From positions 2,528,001-2,592,000 of the forward strand of contig CM000150.2 in NCBI GenBank assembly GCA_000004695.1: a stretch of 64,000 nt of DNA. The letters run 5' to 3'. Below, piece after piece: positions 26,971 to 38,797 of the stretch. Positions within the stretch are counted from its first letter, which is position 1, and each line of letters opens with the position of its first letter. Made by a program: the position numbers and the translations under genes. The notes under the pieces are model-generated. The model searched no databases, was not told the origin of the DNA, and worked only from the letters and a program-made list of their open reading frames with translations. The stretch comes from Dictyostelium discoideum. Its lineage: Eukaryota.

Positions 26971-27712
26971 ATTTAGTATTGATGGTAAAAGTGGTATTAC
27001 AATTAAACATTTATTAAATAATTTAAATAGAGATAGCGATGCTAAAAAATTAGCAGCTTGGATAAGTGTAATGTTAGTATTTACAATCTATGAAATATTT
27101 TATGGTGCTTATTTAGAGAGTTTAGGTTTAGTTAGTGATGGTTTTCATGCATTATTCGATTGTATTGGTATGGGTATAGCTTTATTGGCAATGTTGGTTG
27201 GTAAAAGAGGTATCTCTAATCAAGAGTATACCTATGGTTATGATCGTTGGGAAGTTTTAGGTACTTTTTCAAATGGTTGTTTCCTTTTATTTGTTTCTTT
27301 CTTTTTATTTTTAGAATCAATTGAAAGATTATTAGAACCACCTCATATTCATAAGTTTGTATTTTTTTAAAAAATATTTATATAAAATAAATTAATACTA
27401 ATTTTATTAATACTAATTTTATTATTTTTTATTTTTTAAAAATAAATAGTCATGGTAGAGTTATGTCATTAGCAACAATTAGTTTAATTATTAATATTGT
27501 TGGAGTTTTATTTTTTAAACAAAAATCAAATGAAAGAAAACAACAATCATCAATTAGAAGTGAAAATCTATTAACAATTTCCCATCATATTCTCGTTGAT
27601 AGTTGTACAAGTTTAGGTGTAATTTTATCTTCTTTAGTTGGTCAAGCTTTGTAAATATATATATATATTTTTTTTTTTTTAATAATAATTAAAAATAGAT
27701 TATTTTATTAAT

Positions 27713-27754
<42 letters not shown>

Positions 27755-28496
27755 TATAAAAAAAAGTGGATTAGAAATTTCAGATTCATTAATTTCAATT
27801 ATTATTGCATGTATTATAGTTTATAATGCTTTACCAATTTGTATTAAAACATCAGCAATTTTACTTCAAACAACACCAGATCAATTGAAAATTAATATAA
27901 ATAATGCAATCAAAGATATTTTAGTTATGGAAGGTGTTATAGATGTTACAGATAAACATTTTTGGTCTCATTCACCTGGTAATATTATTGCAACTGTTAA
28001 TTTATTAACTAAAAAGAATTGTGATGATTTCACTTTAACTCAATCAATTAGAAATAGATTATCTTTTGTTCAAGATTTAACTATTCAATTAGATAAAGAA
28101 GGTAAACATAATAGTCATAGTCATGGTGGTGCTCACCATCATCCTCATGAACATAAAGAAGATAAGAAATCTCATAATCATAGTCATGGTCATAATCATG
28201 GTCATAGTCATGGTCATAGCCATGGTGGTAATGATGACCACGAACATGGAGAAAATTGTGATGAAGAACATGAACCAGTTCCAAAATATCAAGTTCAACC
28301 AACTTCACCTTTCTCAAGTCATTATACTGATATTCATAGTAATAATACTCCAATTCCTTTATACAAGAGCGAGCAAGATGATGAAGATGATGAAGATGAC
28401 TATGATCACGACGAACATCACCATGACCATGATCACGACGAACATCACCATGGTCATAGTCATAATTCCTCACATTCCCACGCTCACAATCATTAA
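26441..28496 (+). CDS. Cation diffusion facilitator (CDF/SLC30, ZnT-like) zinc transporter. It has a Q-rich N-terminus and His-rich loops. Three exons: about 26441-27352, 27450-27649, about 27770-28496.
   Basis: The CDF core is AAWISVMLVFTIYEIFYGAYLESLGLVSDGFHALFDCIGMGIALLAM...YGYDRWEVLGTFSNGCFLLFVSFF. Exon 2 has LTISHHILVDSCTSLGVILSSLVG. The exon 3 C-terminal domain has long HSHGH/HDHDH runs. Donors are GTTTGT and GTAAAT, inferred from frame continuity. Confidence 0.7.
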
Positions 28497-28678
28497 ATTA
28501 ATTTTAAAAAAATAAATAAAATAAAATAAAATAAATAAATGTATTTAACAATTGTTTTTTTTTTTTTTTTTTTTTTCAAATAGTATAAAATATATCTTTT
28601 TTTTTTTTTTATTAAAAGATGAAAAATAATTTCATCTTTTTTTCTTAATTGTATAAAATAAAATTAAAATTAATTTTA

Positions 28679-28865
28679 AGCTGGTGAACATTTTAAAACT
28701 TCAATAGTACCAGAAGTTTTACCAATACCAATTCTCTTTTTATTTACAAGACGAATTTCTTTCATAACTTGCATTTCACGAAGAGAAGTTACACTCTTAC
28801 CAATGATATCATGAGCACCACCACTCTATAAATAAAATAAATAAAATTTTATTAATAAATATTAA

Positions 28866-28912
<47 letters not shown>

Positions 28913-29732
28913 AAAAACTTACATCATAATCCCAACATTCAATTTTAATTGGTCTTTCTAAATTACCACCACATAAAGCGTGTAAACCTAGAGTGAATGG
29001 TTGCCAAACTGGATTTTGATTATCTCTAATAGTTTCAGTTCTATGAATGACAGCCCAATTAGCGGTTGAACCACCTTTAGCTTTACCAACATAACTAGAA
29101 TGACTTTTGCTAACATAAAGTGGATTTCTTGGAACAGAGATTGTAACGAATGGATCAGATTTTGAGAAAACATCTTTACGATCTAAACGACTACCTTTAA
29201 GATGAAGAGTGTATGGAATATCAGTACCTACTACAACTGGTGCAACAACTGGTGTAACACCAACCACTGGTGTGACTCCTACAACTGGTGCTACTGGGTA
29301 TGCACCATATGCTGGTTGTTGTGGGTATGCGCCATATGCTGGTTGTTGTTGATAGGCACCATAGGATGTGGTTTGATAGGCACCATACCCACCGTATGCT
29401 GGCTGTTGTGGTGGGTAGCCTTGTTGTGGTGGGTAACCTTGTTGTGGTGGGTAACCTTGTTGTGGTGGGTAGCCTTGTTGTGGTGGGTAACCTTGTTGTT
29501 GTGGTGGGTAACCTTGTTGTGGTGGTTGTTGTGTATATTGTCCATATTGTTGAGTTTGTTGTGTATATTGACTGTATTGTTGAGTTTGTTGTTGACCACC
29601 ATATCCAGTTTGTTGTGGATAACTTCCATAACTACCTGGTGCTTGACCATATTGTCCTGGAGCTGGTGAATTATATTGTCCTGGAGCTGGTGAATTTTTA
29701 TTTAAATTTGCTTGACCTGGATAACCTGACAT
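28679..29732 (-). CDS. C2-domain protein with an N-terminal Gly/Tyr/Pro/Gln-rich repeat region (PQQGYP x8, AYGAYPQQP repeats). Two exons: 29732-28917 and about 28826-28679.
   Basis: C2 motifs are LHLKGSRLDRKDVFSKSDPFVTISV...NPVWQPFTL...IKIECWDYD. After a GTAAGT intron the exon continues SGGAHDIIGKSVTSLREMQ...GTIEVLKCSPA. The N-terminal repeats resemble the annexin VII N-terminal tail. Confidence 0.65.
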
Positions 29733-30666
29733 CTTTTACTTTTATATCTATTATTGATTGTTTACTCTCCTATCTATTAATTGTTAAATAAATAAATTTT
29801 TTTAAAATAATAATTTGGGGGGAAAAAAAAAAAAAATAATAATAATAATAATAATAATATACAAATACAATGATATAATAAATAAATTTATATGGAAATT
29901 TTTTATTTTTTTAATTTTTTAAAAAAACAAAAAAAAAAAAAAAAAAATTGAAAAAAAATTTAAGTGTCAAATTAAAAAAAAAAAAAATAAAAATAAAAAA
30001 AAAATAAAAAAAAAACAATAAAAAAGTTTTTTTGAAGAGATATTGTTGGCTTGCACCAATTTGCTAAACACACTCGATTGTGTAATTTTAAATTTAATTA
30101 AAAAAAAAAAAAAATATCAAGGTTCAGGATAAAAGAAAAAAAAAAAATTTAAATTAAAAAAAAAAAAAAAGAAAAAAAAATATAAATAAAACTTCTTATT
30201 TTAAAATATTTTTTTTTTTTTTTTTTTTGTTGATGAATTTTTTGAGGTTATTTGGGATGTGGTTGGTTTGTTTTTTTTAGTTTTTTTTTTTTTTCAAATT
30301 AATTTCTCAAGTCTGGATCTTGTTCAAAACCAAATGGATGATTTTACTTTTTTTGGTTCATTTATTATTTGTTCTTTATGGATTGTGGTGTTTATTTGTT
30401 TGTGATAGAAACTGTTTCTTTCCTCAATATGTAAATGGCTATTAATGTGTTTTTTATCTCCTCTTAGTGTTTTAAGATTTTGCTATTCCAGGTAAGTTTA
30501 TGTCAATTTGTTAACCAACTTTTTGTTTAAATGATTTACAATTATTTGAATATTTGTGAGATTTTTTTAATGTAACGAAAGTGATTTATTTAAACTTCAT
30601 TTTTTTATTCCTTTATTATACATTTTTTGATATTTTTAAGGTTATAAATATTTTATTTACATCAAA

Positions 30667-30748
30667 GACATCGTAGCAAAGTGGTCTAATGCGTCTGACT
30701 AGAAATCAGATCCCTTCGGGGGCGCAGGTTCGAACCCTGCCGATGTCG
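30667..30748 (+). tRNA. tRNA-Ser (anticodon AGA) with a long variable arm.
   Basis: The 7-bp acceptor stem is GACATCG...CGATGTC. The D-loop is AGTGGTCTAATG. The anticodon loop is cTgAcTAGAaAtcag with anticodon AGA. The long extra arm is atcccttcgggggc. The T-arm is GGTTCGAACCC. Confidence 0.85.
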
Positions 30749-30881
30749 ATACTTTTTAAAAAGATGTCCCAAGTTCGGAAATTGATGCTAAATTTTACAA
30801 AAAATCTCCAATCTCTCTGGGTGTGTATTTGCACTCATTTGTATAGACAAACCCTCAATAGGCGAAAAATTCTCAGCATTA

Positions 30882-31160
30882 GTTAGATATGTTGTAAAAT
30901 ATAATATAGTTTAAAAAATTTAATACAATTGAATAATAAAAATAAAACCGTTTAACAAACACCGCCGAAAAGACACAAGGACATTCCTTGAAGGTCTGAT
31001 CACAGGTAAAAAAAAAAAAAAGTTAGATATGTTGTTATATAATATAGTTTAAAAAATTTAATACAATTGAATAATAAAAATAAAATCGTTTAACAAACAC
31101 CGCCGAAAAGACACAAGGACATTCCTTGAAGGTCTGATCACAGGTAAAAAAAAAAAAGTT
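30882..31160 (+). repeat. Tandem duplication of a roughly 140-bp unit. Each copy ends in A12-14 and begins with agttagatatgttg. A third copy of that motif starts the adjacent RT ORF.
   Basis: 30882-31020 and 31022-31160 are identical except for about 3 substitutions/indels. Both end ...cttgaaggtctgatcacaggtaaaaaaaaaaaa. Confidence 0.85.
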
Positions 31161-32147
31161 AGATATGTTGGTATACCTACTCAAAGATACTAAAAACAAA
31201 ATAAAGATCAACGACTTTTTAGTCAATGGAATAACAATCAGAAGAGGAACAAAACAAGGAGACCCAATATCACCAACAATCTTTGCTCTAGTTTTAGAAC
31301 CACTTCTAATAGATATCATCAATGATAATACAATCAAAGGCTTCACTCTACCAAATTCCAAATCATTAAAACTCACTGCATTTGCTGACGACATAGCAAC
31401 CTTTACAAACTCCACAGAAGAACTAATGAAAATTAATACTAAAATCCAAAAGTACTGCTCAGCAACATCATCATCGTTAAACAAAGAGAAAACAGTAATG
31501 ATAGCAATAGGAGATAAACCACACGATCTACCATTCCAAGAGAGTACAGTCCCAGAAAGATATCTTGGCCTCAATTTCACCAAAACAGGTTTAAATTCAA
31601 AATACAACACTTTAATCCAAGAAATGAAAAACAATCTAATCAAATGGAAATCACAAGCAATAACGATGAAGGCAAAGATGACAATTCTCAAAACATACGT
31701 TCTATCCAAATTAACATACCATCAATACATGGATAATCTAAATGAAGAACAAATTGAGGAAATCAATAACATGACCAGATGGTTCTTATTCTCCTCAGTT
31801 AAGAATACATATACAGAAGAGAGAAAATACAAAACTATGATGAAAATAGACAGAGCATATGCAGATTGGAAAGAAGGAGGCATAAAATTATGGGATATAG
31901 AACTAAGACATATAGCATTCAAAATCTGGTACATGAACAGGCTACTCCATAATAACTACAACAACAACAATACCTTACAAGAATGGTACATGGAGCAATT
32001 AAGTAGAAAAAAAGCCCACACTTCAACCCTCAACGATATGTGCAGACACTGGGGTGTATTCAGAGTCAAATTTTACCAAAACCATCCAAAGATAAATGAA
32101 CTTCCAGACTGTATAAGAAACGACAATGACGAACCACTAAAACTGAA

Positions 32148-32219
<72 letters not shown>

Positions 32220-32492
32220 ACTACTTAAATTGGAAGAGGGTTCGGAGCTGCTGGGGTTTGCCAGGCTTTGTTGAATTTGTATTTGTGAAGATCTTGATTG
32301 GTGTTTTTTAGTATTGCTTCGTCGTGTTCGATTTTCTTTAGTGTGATGAATTTTTCAGTTTCGATGAGATTTGGTTATTCTGTTTCTATGACCTTTTGCT
32401 CGAATTTTGGCTCTGGTTTGCTTTCATCAGTGTTGATTTCAATTACTATTACAAATAAAGTGGCTGAGATTGGGTCACCTTGTTTTATATAA
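31158..32492 (+). mobile_element. Non-LTR (LINE/TRE-type) retrotransposon remnant. It is a 5'-truncated reverse-transcriptase ORF on +, a 64-nt T homopolymer, and a short inverted diverged RT piece abutting tRNA-Lys.
   Basis: ORF 31165-32274 encodes RT motifs ...RRGTKQGDPISPTIFALVLEPLL... and ...LTAFADDIATF... (an FADD variant of YXDD). A T run spans about 32153-32216. On the minus strand 32492-32385 encodes KQGDPISATLFVIVIEIN..., a diverged inverted copy of the same RT segment. The element sits between two tRNA genes, as Dictyostelium TRE elements do. Confidence 0.6.
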
Positions 32493-32505
32493 AAACATAA
32501 AAAAT

Positions 32506-32578
32506 CGCCCAACGGGGGGCTCGAACCCCCGACCACCAGATTAAGAGTCTGGCGCTCTACCGACTGAGCTAGCCGGGC
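32506..32578 (-). tRNA. tRNA-Lys (anticodon CUU).
   Basis: The reverse complement reads GCCCGGCTAGCTCAGTCGGTAGAGCGCCAGACTCTTAATCTGGTGGTCGGGGGTTCGAGCCCCCCGTTGGGCG. It has canonical D and T loops and the anticodon loop actCTTaa. Confidence 0.85.
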
Positions 32579-32861
32579 ATTTTTATATTTATAAAAAAAT
32601 TATAGCATCTATTTAGCTTCAATTTTTTGTTTAAATGATGATATTTTTCCCTCACGAACATCATATTTTTTAAATGAAAATGATGTTAATACAACAATCA
32701 AAAAAATCAGAAATATTAATATTAACAATAAATTTGGAAAAATTTTCCAAAAAAAAAAATTTTATTTTTGAATTCAAAATTTTGAATTTTTTTTTTTTTT
32801 TTTTTTTATTTTTTTTATTTTTTTTATTTTTTTAATTTGTCATTCTCTGTAATACAACAAA

Positions 32862-33113
32862 ATGTTAAGAAATTTAATTCAAGGTCTCAATAAGATCAAA
32901 GTAGCTTCAACTGCTTCACCATCATCAATCATTAATAAAAGTAATTCACCATTTTTACAACAATTTTTAAACACTCAACCACAAGTTCAATTACCAATCA
33001 ACCATGAAGAATCAAATGATTTAGAATGTATGATGAATAAAACTTCAAGAAAAACTTTAAAAAAACATAGAAAAAGGATCAATGGTAAAAAATCAAATAT
33101 GAGAAGAAATTAA
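32862..33113 (+). CDS. Hypothetical small basic protein of 83 aa with a K/R-rich C-terminus.
   Basis: It is an ATG ORF in a gene-sized gap upstream of mtEF-G. It has no homopolymer translation and I recognise no motif. Confidence 0.3.
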   Translation: MLRNLIQGLNKIKVASTASPSSIINKSNSPFLQQFLNTQPQVQLPINHEESNDLECMMNKTSRKTLKKHRKRINGKKSNMRRN

Positions 33114-33376
33114 ATATATAAAAATAAATTGGAAAAAAAAAAAAAATCAAAAAAGCTTTTACCCATTTACCCACAACCAATAATCAATTAAAACAATCAA
33201 AAGAAAAATAATATTATTCTTTTTTTTTTTCTACTATTTTTTTTTTTAATTAAAATATAAAAAATTAAAAATCAATAAATATAATCAAAATAATAATCAA
33301 AATTTTGATAAACATTGTTATTAAATAAGAGATTAATTTTTTCGTTTATTTTCATACTTAAATTTTATTTTATTTT

Positions 33377-33418
<42 letters not shown>

Positions 33419-33560
33419 CGTCAAACGAGTGATTAAATTTTTTTCGTTTTTTTTTTATTTTTTTTTTTTTTTTATTTTTTAATTTATCATTACAAATAAA
33501 TATCAAAAAAAAAAAAAAACAAGATATTTATTTATTCTATTTGGGTGAAAAAAATAAAAA

Positions 33561-34240
33561 ATGACCAGTTTTTTAACAAGTAGATTTGGTGGATTAGCAT
33601 TAAGAAATGTTATGAATAATAAAAATGGAATCAATTCATTTGGATTAAGATGTTTTTCAACAAATTCAGTGAGTGGATTAAGAAATATTGGTATTTCAGC
33701 ACATATTGATTCAGGTAAAACCACATTAACTGAACGTATTCTTTATTATACAGGTAGAATTAAGGAAATTCATGAAGTTAGAGGTAAGGATGGTGTTGGT
33801 GCTAAAATGGATTCAATGGATTTAGAAAGAGAAAAAGGTATTACAATTCAATCAGCTGCCACCTATTGTAAATGGGGTGAAAATCATATCAATATCATCG
33901 ATACACCAGGTCACGTAGATTTTACAATTGAAGTAGAGAGAGCATTACGTGTTCTTGATGGTGCTGTTTTAGTTATGTGTGGTGTAAGTGGTGTACAAAG
34001 TCAAACCATCACTGTAGATCGTCAAATGAGAAGATACAATGTTCCACGTGTTGTTTTCATTAATAAATTAGATAGAACTGGTGCTAATCCATGGAATGTT
34101 ATTGAACAATTAAGAAAGAAATTAAATTTAAATGCTATTGCACTTCAAGTACCAATTGGTAAAGAATCAAATCTTGAAGGTGTTATTGATTTAGTTACTG
34201 AAAAAGCTATGATTTTTGGTGAAAAAGGGTATTATTATTA

Positions 34241-34284
<44 letters not shown>

Positions 34285-34316
34285 AAAAAAATATATTTAT
34301 ACATATAAATACTAAC

Positions 34317-34353
<37 letters not shown>

Positions 34354-35899
34354 TTATTTTAGTACTGCACCAATTATTGAAGAAATACCATCAAATTTTG
34401 TAGAATTTGTTAAAGAAAAAAAAATGGAATTAGTTGAAACAATTGCAAATGTTGATGATGAATTAGGTGAATGGATGATTGAAAATGATTTTCCAAATAA
34501 TATGCCAGATGAAAAAACTTTAACAGCAGCAATTCGTAGAACAACAATTGCACGTAAAGTTGTACCAGTTATGATGGGATCAGCATTTAAAAATACAGGT
34601 GTTCAACCATTATTAGATGGTGTTATTAAATATTTACCATCACCAAATGAAAAGAAAATCATTGCATTGGATACATCAGTTAAAGATAAAGAGACAGAGG
34701 TTGAATTGGAATCAGATCCAAAGAAACCATTTGTTGGTTTGGCATTTAAATTGGAAGAGGGTCGTTTCGGTCAATTAACATATATGAGAGTTTATCAAGG
34801 TACCTTAAAGAGAGGTGATACCATTAAGAATGTAAATTTGGGTAAAACCATTAAAGTACCACGTTTAGTTAAAATGCATGCCTCTGAAATGGAGGAAGTA
34901 TCAGAGGTTGGTCCAGGTGAAATTTGTGCAATGTTTGGTGTTGATTGTTACTCTGGTAACACATTTACCCATCAAAATTGTTCATACACCATGACTTCAA
35001 TGCATGTTCCAGAGCCAGTTATGTCACTTTCCATTCAACCAAAATCAAAGGATGGTCAAGCCAATTTCTCAAAAGCACTTTCTAAATTCCAAAAGGAAGA
35101 TCCAACCTTTAGAGTTAAATCTGATCAAGAATCTGGTCAAATCATTATCTCTGGTATGGGTGAACTTCATTTGGAGATTTACGTCGAACGTATGAAGAGA
35201 GAATATAACGTTGAAACCGTCACTGGTAAACCATTGGTAGCCTATCGTGAAACCATTCAACAAAGAGGTGATTACAATTTCACTCATAGAAAACAATCTG
35301 GTGGTCAAGGTCAATATGCCAAGATGATTGGTTTCGCTGAACAATCTGAAAATGGTATGGAAAATGAATTTGTAAATGATGTCATTGGTACTGCCATTCC
35401 ACCTACATTTATTGAAGCAATTAAAAAGGGTTTCAAAGATTGTATTGAAAAAGGTCCATTAATTGGTCATCCAGTTGTTGGTGTTAAATTTGTTGTTTCC
35501 GATGGTAATACTCACAGTGTAGATTCAAGTGAGTTGGCTTTCAGAATTGCAACTGCTGGTGCTTTCAAAGAAGCTTTCGAAGATGGTGAACCAACCATTC
35601 TCGAACCAATCATGAAAGTTGAAATTTCACTTCCACAAGAATTCCAAGGTACAGTAATTAGTGGTGTAAATCGTAGAAAAGGTGCTATCGTTAATACTAC
35701 TACTCAAGGTGAATCTTTAACCTTTGAATGTGAAGTACCATTAAATAATATGTTTGGTTATTCAACTGAATTACGTTCAATGACTCAAGGTAAAGGTGAA
35801 TTCTCTATGGAATATTTAAAACATACAAATGTTTCTCGTGAATTATATAATCAACTTTTAGAAGAATATAAAAAGAAAAGAACTGAAGAAAATAAATAA
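33561..35899 (+). CDS. gfm1: Mitochondrial translation elongation factor G (EF-G1/GFM1). Two exons: 33561-34228 and 34363-35899.
   Basis: The N-terminal presequence is [18 protein letters not shown]. The G-domain motifs are [41 protein letters not shown] and FINKLDR. Across the splice the sequence reads ...[17 protein letters not shown]|[15 protein letters not shown].... EF-G domains II-V continue downstream (…HASEMEEV…[16 protein letters not shown]…). The donor GTATTA is non-canonical. The acceptor lies after an (ATT)n tract. Confidence 0.85.
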
Positions 35900-36022
35900 A
35901 ATAAATTAAAATAATAAAAAAAAAAAAAAATAATAATAATTAAACAAATATTAAAATTGTGTTTTTAAAAAAAAAAAAAAGAAAAAAAAAAAATTTTATT
36001 ATAAATAATGTAATAATAACTT

Positions 36023-36157
36023 TTAGTCTGGTGGTAAATTAAATAATAAACTATCTATATTATTACTATTGTTATTATTACTATTATTATTATTGTTATT
36101 ATTAAATGTAATATTATTATTAATATTATTATTATTATTATTATTAAAATTATTTTG

Positions 36158-36244
<87 letters not shown>

Positions 36245-36999
36245 TTGTTGATTTTGTAAACCATTTAAATTATTATTTAAATTATTAATATTATCTTGAT
36301 TAACTACACTCATTGGTAATGAGATTGAAACGGCTTGTTTTACAAAATTTTTTAAGTATCTAACTTTATCTTTCATTAATTGATTTTCTTCAGTTAAGTG
36401 AGACACTTTGGAGAGTGCAGTTGTATTGGAAGCCTCAAGACTAGAGGCTTTTGATTCTAAACTATTTATATATTCTTTTTGACGTTGTCTAAATAGTTGA
36501 GCGGCTTCTCTGTTTTTTAATAATCTACGATTTTTCCTATCACCACCACCTGGAAAATCACCATTTTCATTATCACCATTTTCAAAATCTTCTTCATCAC
36601 TATCTGATTCTTCTGAATTATCAGCTAAATTAAATTTTAAAATTAAAATTAAAATAATAATAATAATAATAATAATAAAAGGGTTAATAATAATGATGAT
36701 AATAATAATAAAATTAATTATCATTTTAAATTTAAAAACTCATACAATAATCTAAAAGTTCTTGATTTTTTCTTTTCTTTGTATCTAGTACAGCTGTAGT
36801 GAAAGCAGATGAAGTATTTGTAGTTGATAAAGTTGGTGAAGTTGGTTGAGAGGCAGCATTTTTTGCACTCTTTTTTGCAGGTGGTTTCTTTTTAACAGCT
36901 GCTGTTGGTTTCTTTGATAATTCCACATCAATACCTAATTCTGCTAACTTATCTTTTTGTTTTTTATATTTTCTTGTTGGAAATTTTTGATTTGGTGCT

Positions 37000-37094
<95 letters not shown>

Positions 37095-37305
37095 TGTTGT
37101 TGTTGTTGTTGTATTTATAATATTTGTATCATTGTTTAAATTTGCCGCTATTGAATTATTTTGTGAAGTTATATTGAATGCCGTTTCATTATTATTATTA
37201 TTATTACTATTATTATTATTATTATTATTATTATTTACAGGTATTTGAAAATTTTGAGGAGTTAATTGAAAATTCTGTTGTTGTAATTGTTGTTGTTGCT
37301 GTTGC

Positions 37306-37336
<31 letters not shown>

Positions 37337-37400
37337 GCTGTTGTTGTAATAACATATGCAATTGTTGAATTTGTTGAATTGTTAATTGTTGATCATCCAT
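36023..37400 (-). CDS. bZIP transcription factor with a long poly-Q/poly-N N-terminal region. Two exons: 37400-about 36746 and about 36622-36023.
   Basis: The basic region plus zipper is DRKNRRLLKNREAAQLFRQRQKEYINSLESKASSLEASNTTALSKVSHLTEENQLMKDKVRYL. The preceding acidic SDSDEED stretch joins to the upstream exon in frame through a GTATGA...TTTAG intron. Confidence 0.7.
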
Positions 37401-37963
37401 TTTCTAAAAAAAAAAAAAAAACCATGAAATAATCTTTTTTTTTTTTTTTTTTTTTTTTTAATATTGTATTAAAGTATTAAAGAACGGAAAAGAATTTAAA
37501 AAATTTTGTTTATAGTCAAGATATAAATATCTTTTTTTTTTTGGTTTTATTGAAATAGTTATTTTGAAAAAAAAAAAAAAAAAAAAAAAAAAATTAAATT
37601 AAATTAAAAATAAAATAAAATAAAATAAAATTAAAAAAAAAAAAAAAAAAAAAATTAAAATTTAAAAAAAAAAATAAAAAAACTGCGACAATATTACGTG
37701 TGAGTGGTTAAAAATTTGATATTCCGACTTTAATTAAAAATTGTCTCGTGTGTAAAATCATTCAAAGAAAATCAAAAAAAAAAATTTCAGATTTTATATT
37801 ATTATTTTATTTTTTATTTTTTTAAAAAAAAAATAAAAAAAAAAAAAAGATCAAAACTCAAATTGAAAAAAAAAAATAAAAAATCAATTTCACAAAAAAA
37901 AAAAAAATAGAAAATAATCTTTTAAAATAAATTATATATATTTATATTTTATTATTAATAAAT

Positions 37964-38797
37964 ATGGAAAAAGAACAAGTTTGGTATATTACAGGTTGTA
38001 CAAGTGGATGTGGATTAGCATTGGTTGAGAAATTATTAAAGATTAAGGGTACAAAAGTTGCAGGAACAACAAGGGATTTAAAAAAGATTGAACAATTATC
38101 AATTTATAAGGATCAAAATTTTTTAGCATTACAAGTTGACTTGGTAAATAGTAAATCAGTTGAAGAATCAATTGAAAAAACAATTAAACATTTTGGAAGT
38201 ATTACTCATGTTGTAAATAATGCAGGCTTTGCTTTAATGGGTACTGTTGAAGAGGCAAGTGATAAAGAGCAAAGAGAGCAAATGGACGTTTGCTATTTCG
38301 CTCCATTAAATGTAATTAGATCAGTGTTACCACACTTTCGTTCAAAATCACATGGTTATATCTTTAATATTGGCTCTGGTGCTGGGTTTAGAGGTATAGC
38401 TAATTTGGGTGCTTATTCCGGTTCAAAATTCGCAATCACTGGTATTACCGAGGCATTACATGAAGAGGTTAAACAATTCTCTATTAATGTATCAACTATT
38501 GTTTTAGGCTATATTGAAACAGATTTCCATGAAGCAATTCCAGTGGCTAAAAATTTAATTGATTGTTATTCTACCCAAGCTTTTAGTGAACAGCGTAAAG
38601 AAAATTTAAAGAAAATTATTGGTGGTGATCCACAAAAAGTTGCTGATGTTTTAATTGATTATTCATACAAATCAAATTTACCTTTTAATATTTTCGTTGG
38701 TCCAACTAATCATTTCAATAATATTGAAACAAGAGCTAAAGAATTATTAAATCAAATTCAATTACAAAGAGAAAAAAATAATGTTCAAAAATCTTAA
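37964..38797 (+). CDS. Short-chain dehydrogenase/reductase (SDR) family oxidoreductase, single exon.
   Basis: It has TGCTSGCG (the Gly-rich NAD(P)-binding motif), NNAG and the catalytic YSGSK (YxxxK). The length of 277 aa is typical. Confidence 0.8.
   Translation: MEKEQVWYITGCTSGCGLALVEKLLKIKGTKVAGTTRDLKKIEQLSIYKDQNFLALQVDLVNSKSVEESIEKTIKHFGSITHVVNNAGFALMGTVEEASDKEQREQMDVCYFAPLNVIRSVLPHFRSKSHGYIFNIGSGAGFRGIANLGAYSGSKFAITGITEALHEEVKQFSINVSTIVLGYIETDFHEAIPVAKNLIDCYSTQAFSEQRKENLKKIIGGDPQKVADVLIDYSYKSNLPFNIFVGPTNHFNNIETRAKELLNQIQLQREKNNVQKS

Noticed and set aside
26451-27010. ORFs 26451-26822(-), 26466-26660(+) and 26819-27010(-) overlapping the CDF gene 5' region.
   Set aside because: They are repeat-frame artefacts (poly-V/poly-N/poly-I) within the Q/N-rich N-terminus of the CDF transporter.
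28081-28515. ORFs 28081-28473(-), 28089-28298(-) and 28123-28515(+) rich in H, D, M, T and I.
   Set aside because: They are alternate or antisense frames of the His-rich (cat/gat)n C-terminal tail of the CDF transporter.
29202-29791. ORFs 29202-29669(+), 29288-29791(+) and 29291-29650(-) encoding W/L/V-rich or H/N/K-rich repeats.
   Set aside because: They are other frames of the PQQGYP repeat DNA of the C2-domain gene. Only the minus frame giving the GYPPQQ repeats is continuous with a recognisable C2 domain.
31035-31709. Minus-strand 224-aa ORF overlapping the RT ORF.
   Set aside because: It is antisense to a recognisable reverse-transcriptase reading frame. Its IVGDIGSP segment is just the reverse complement of the sense QGDPISP motif.
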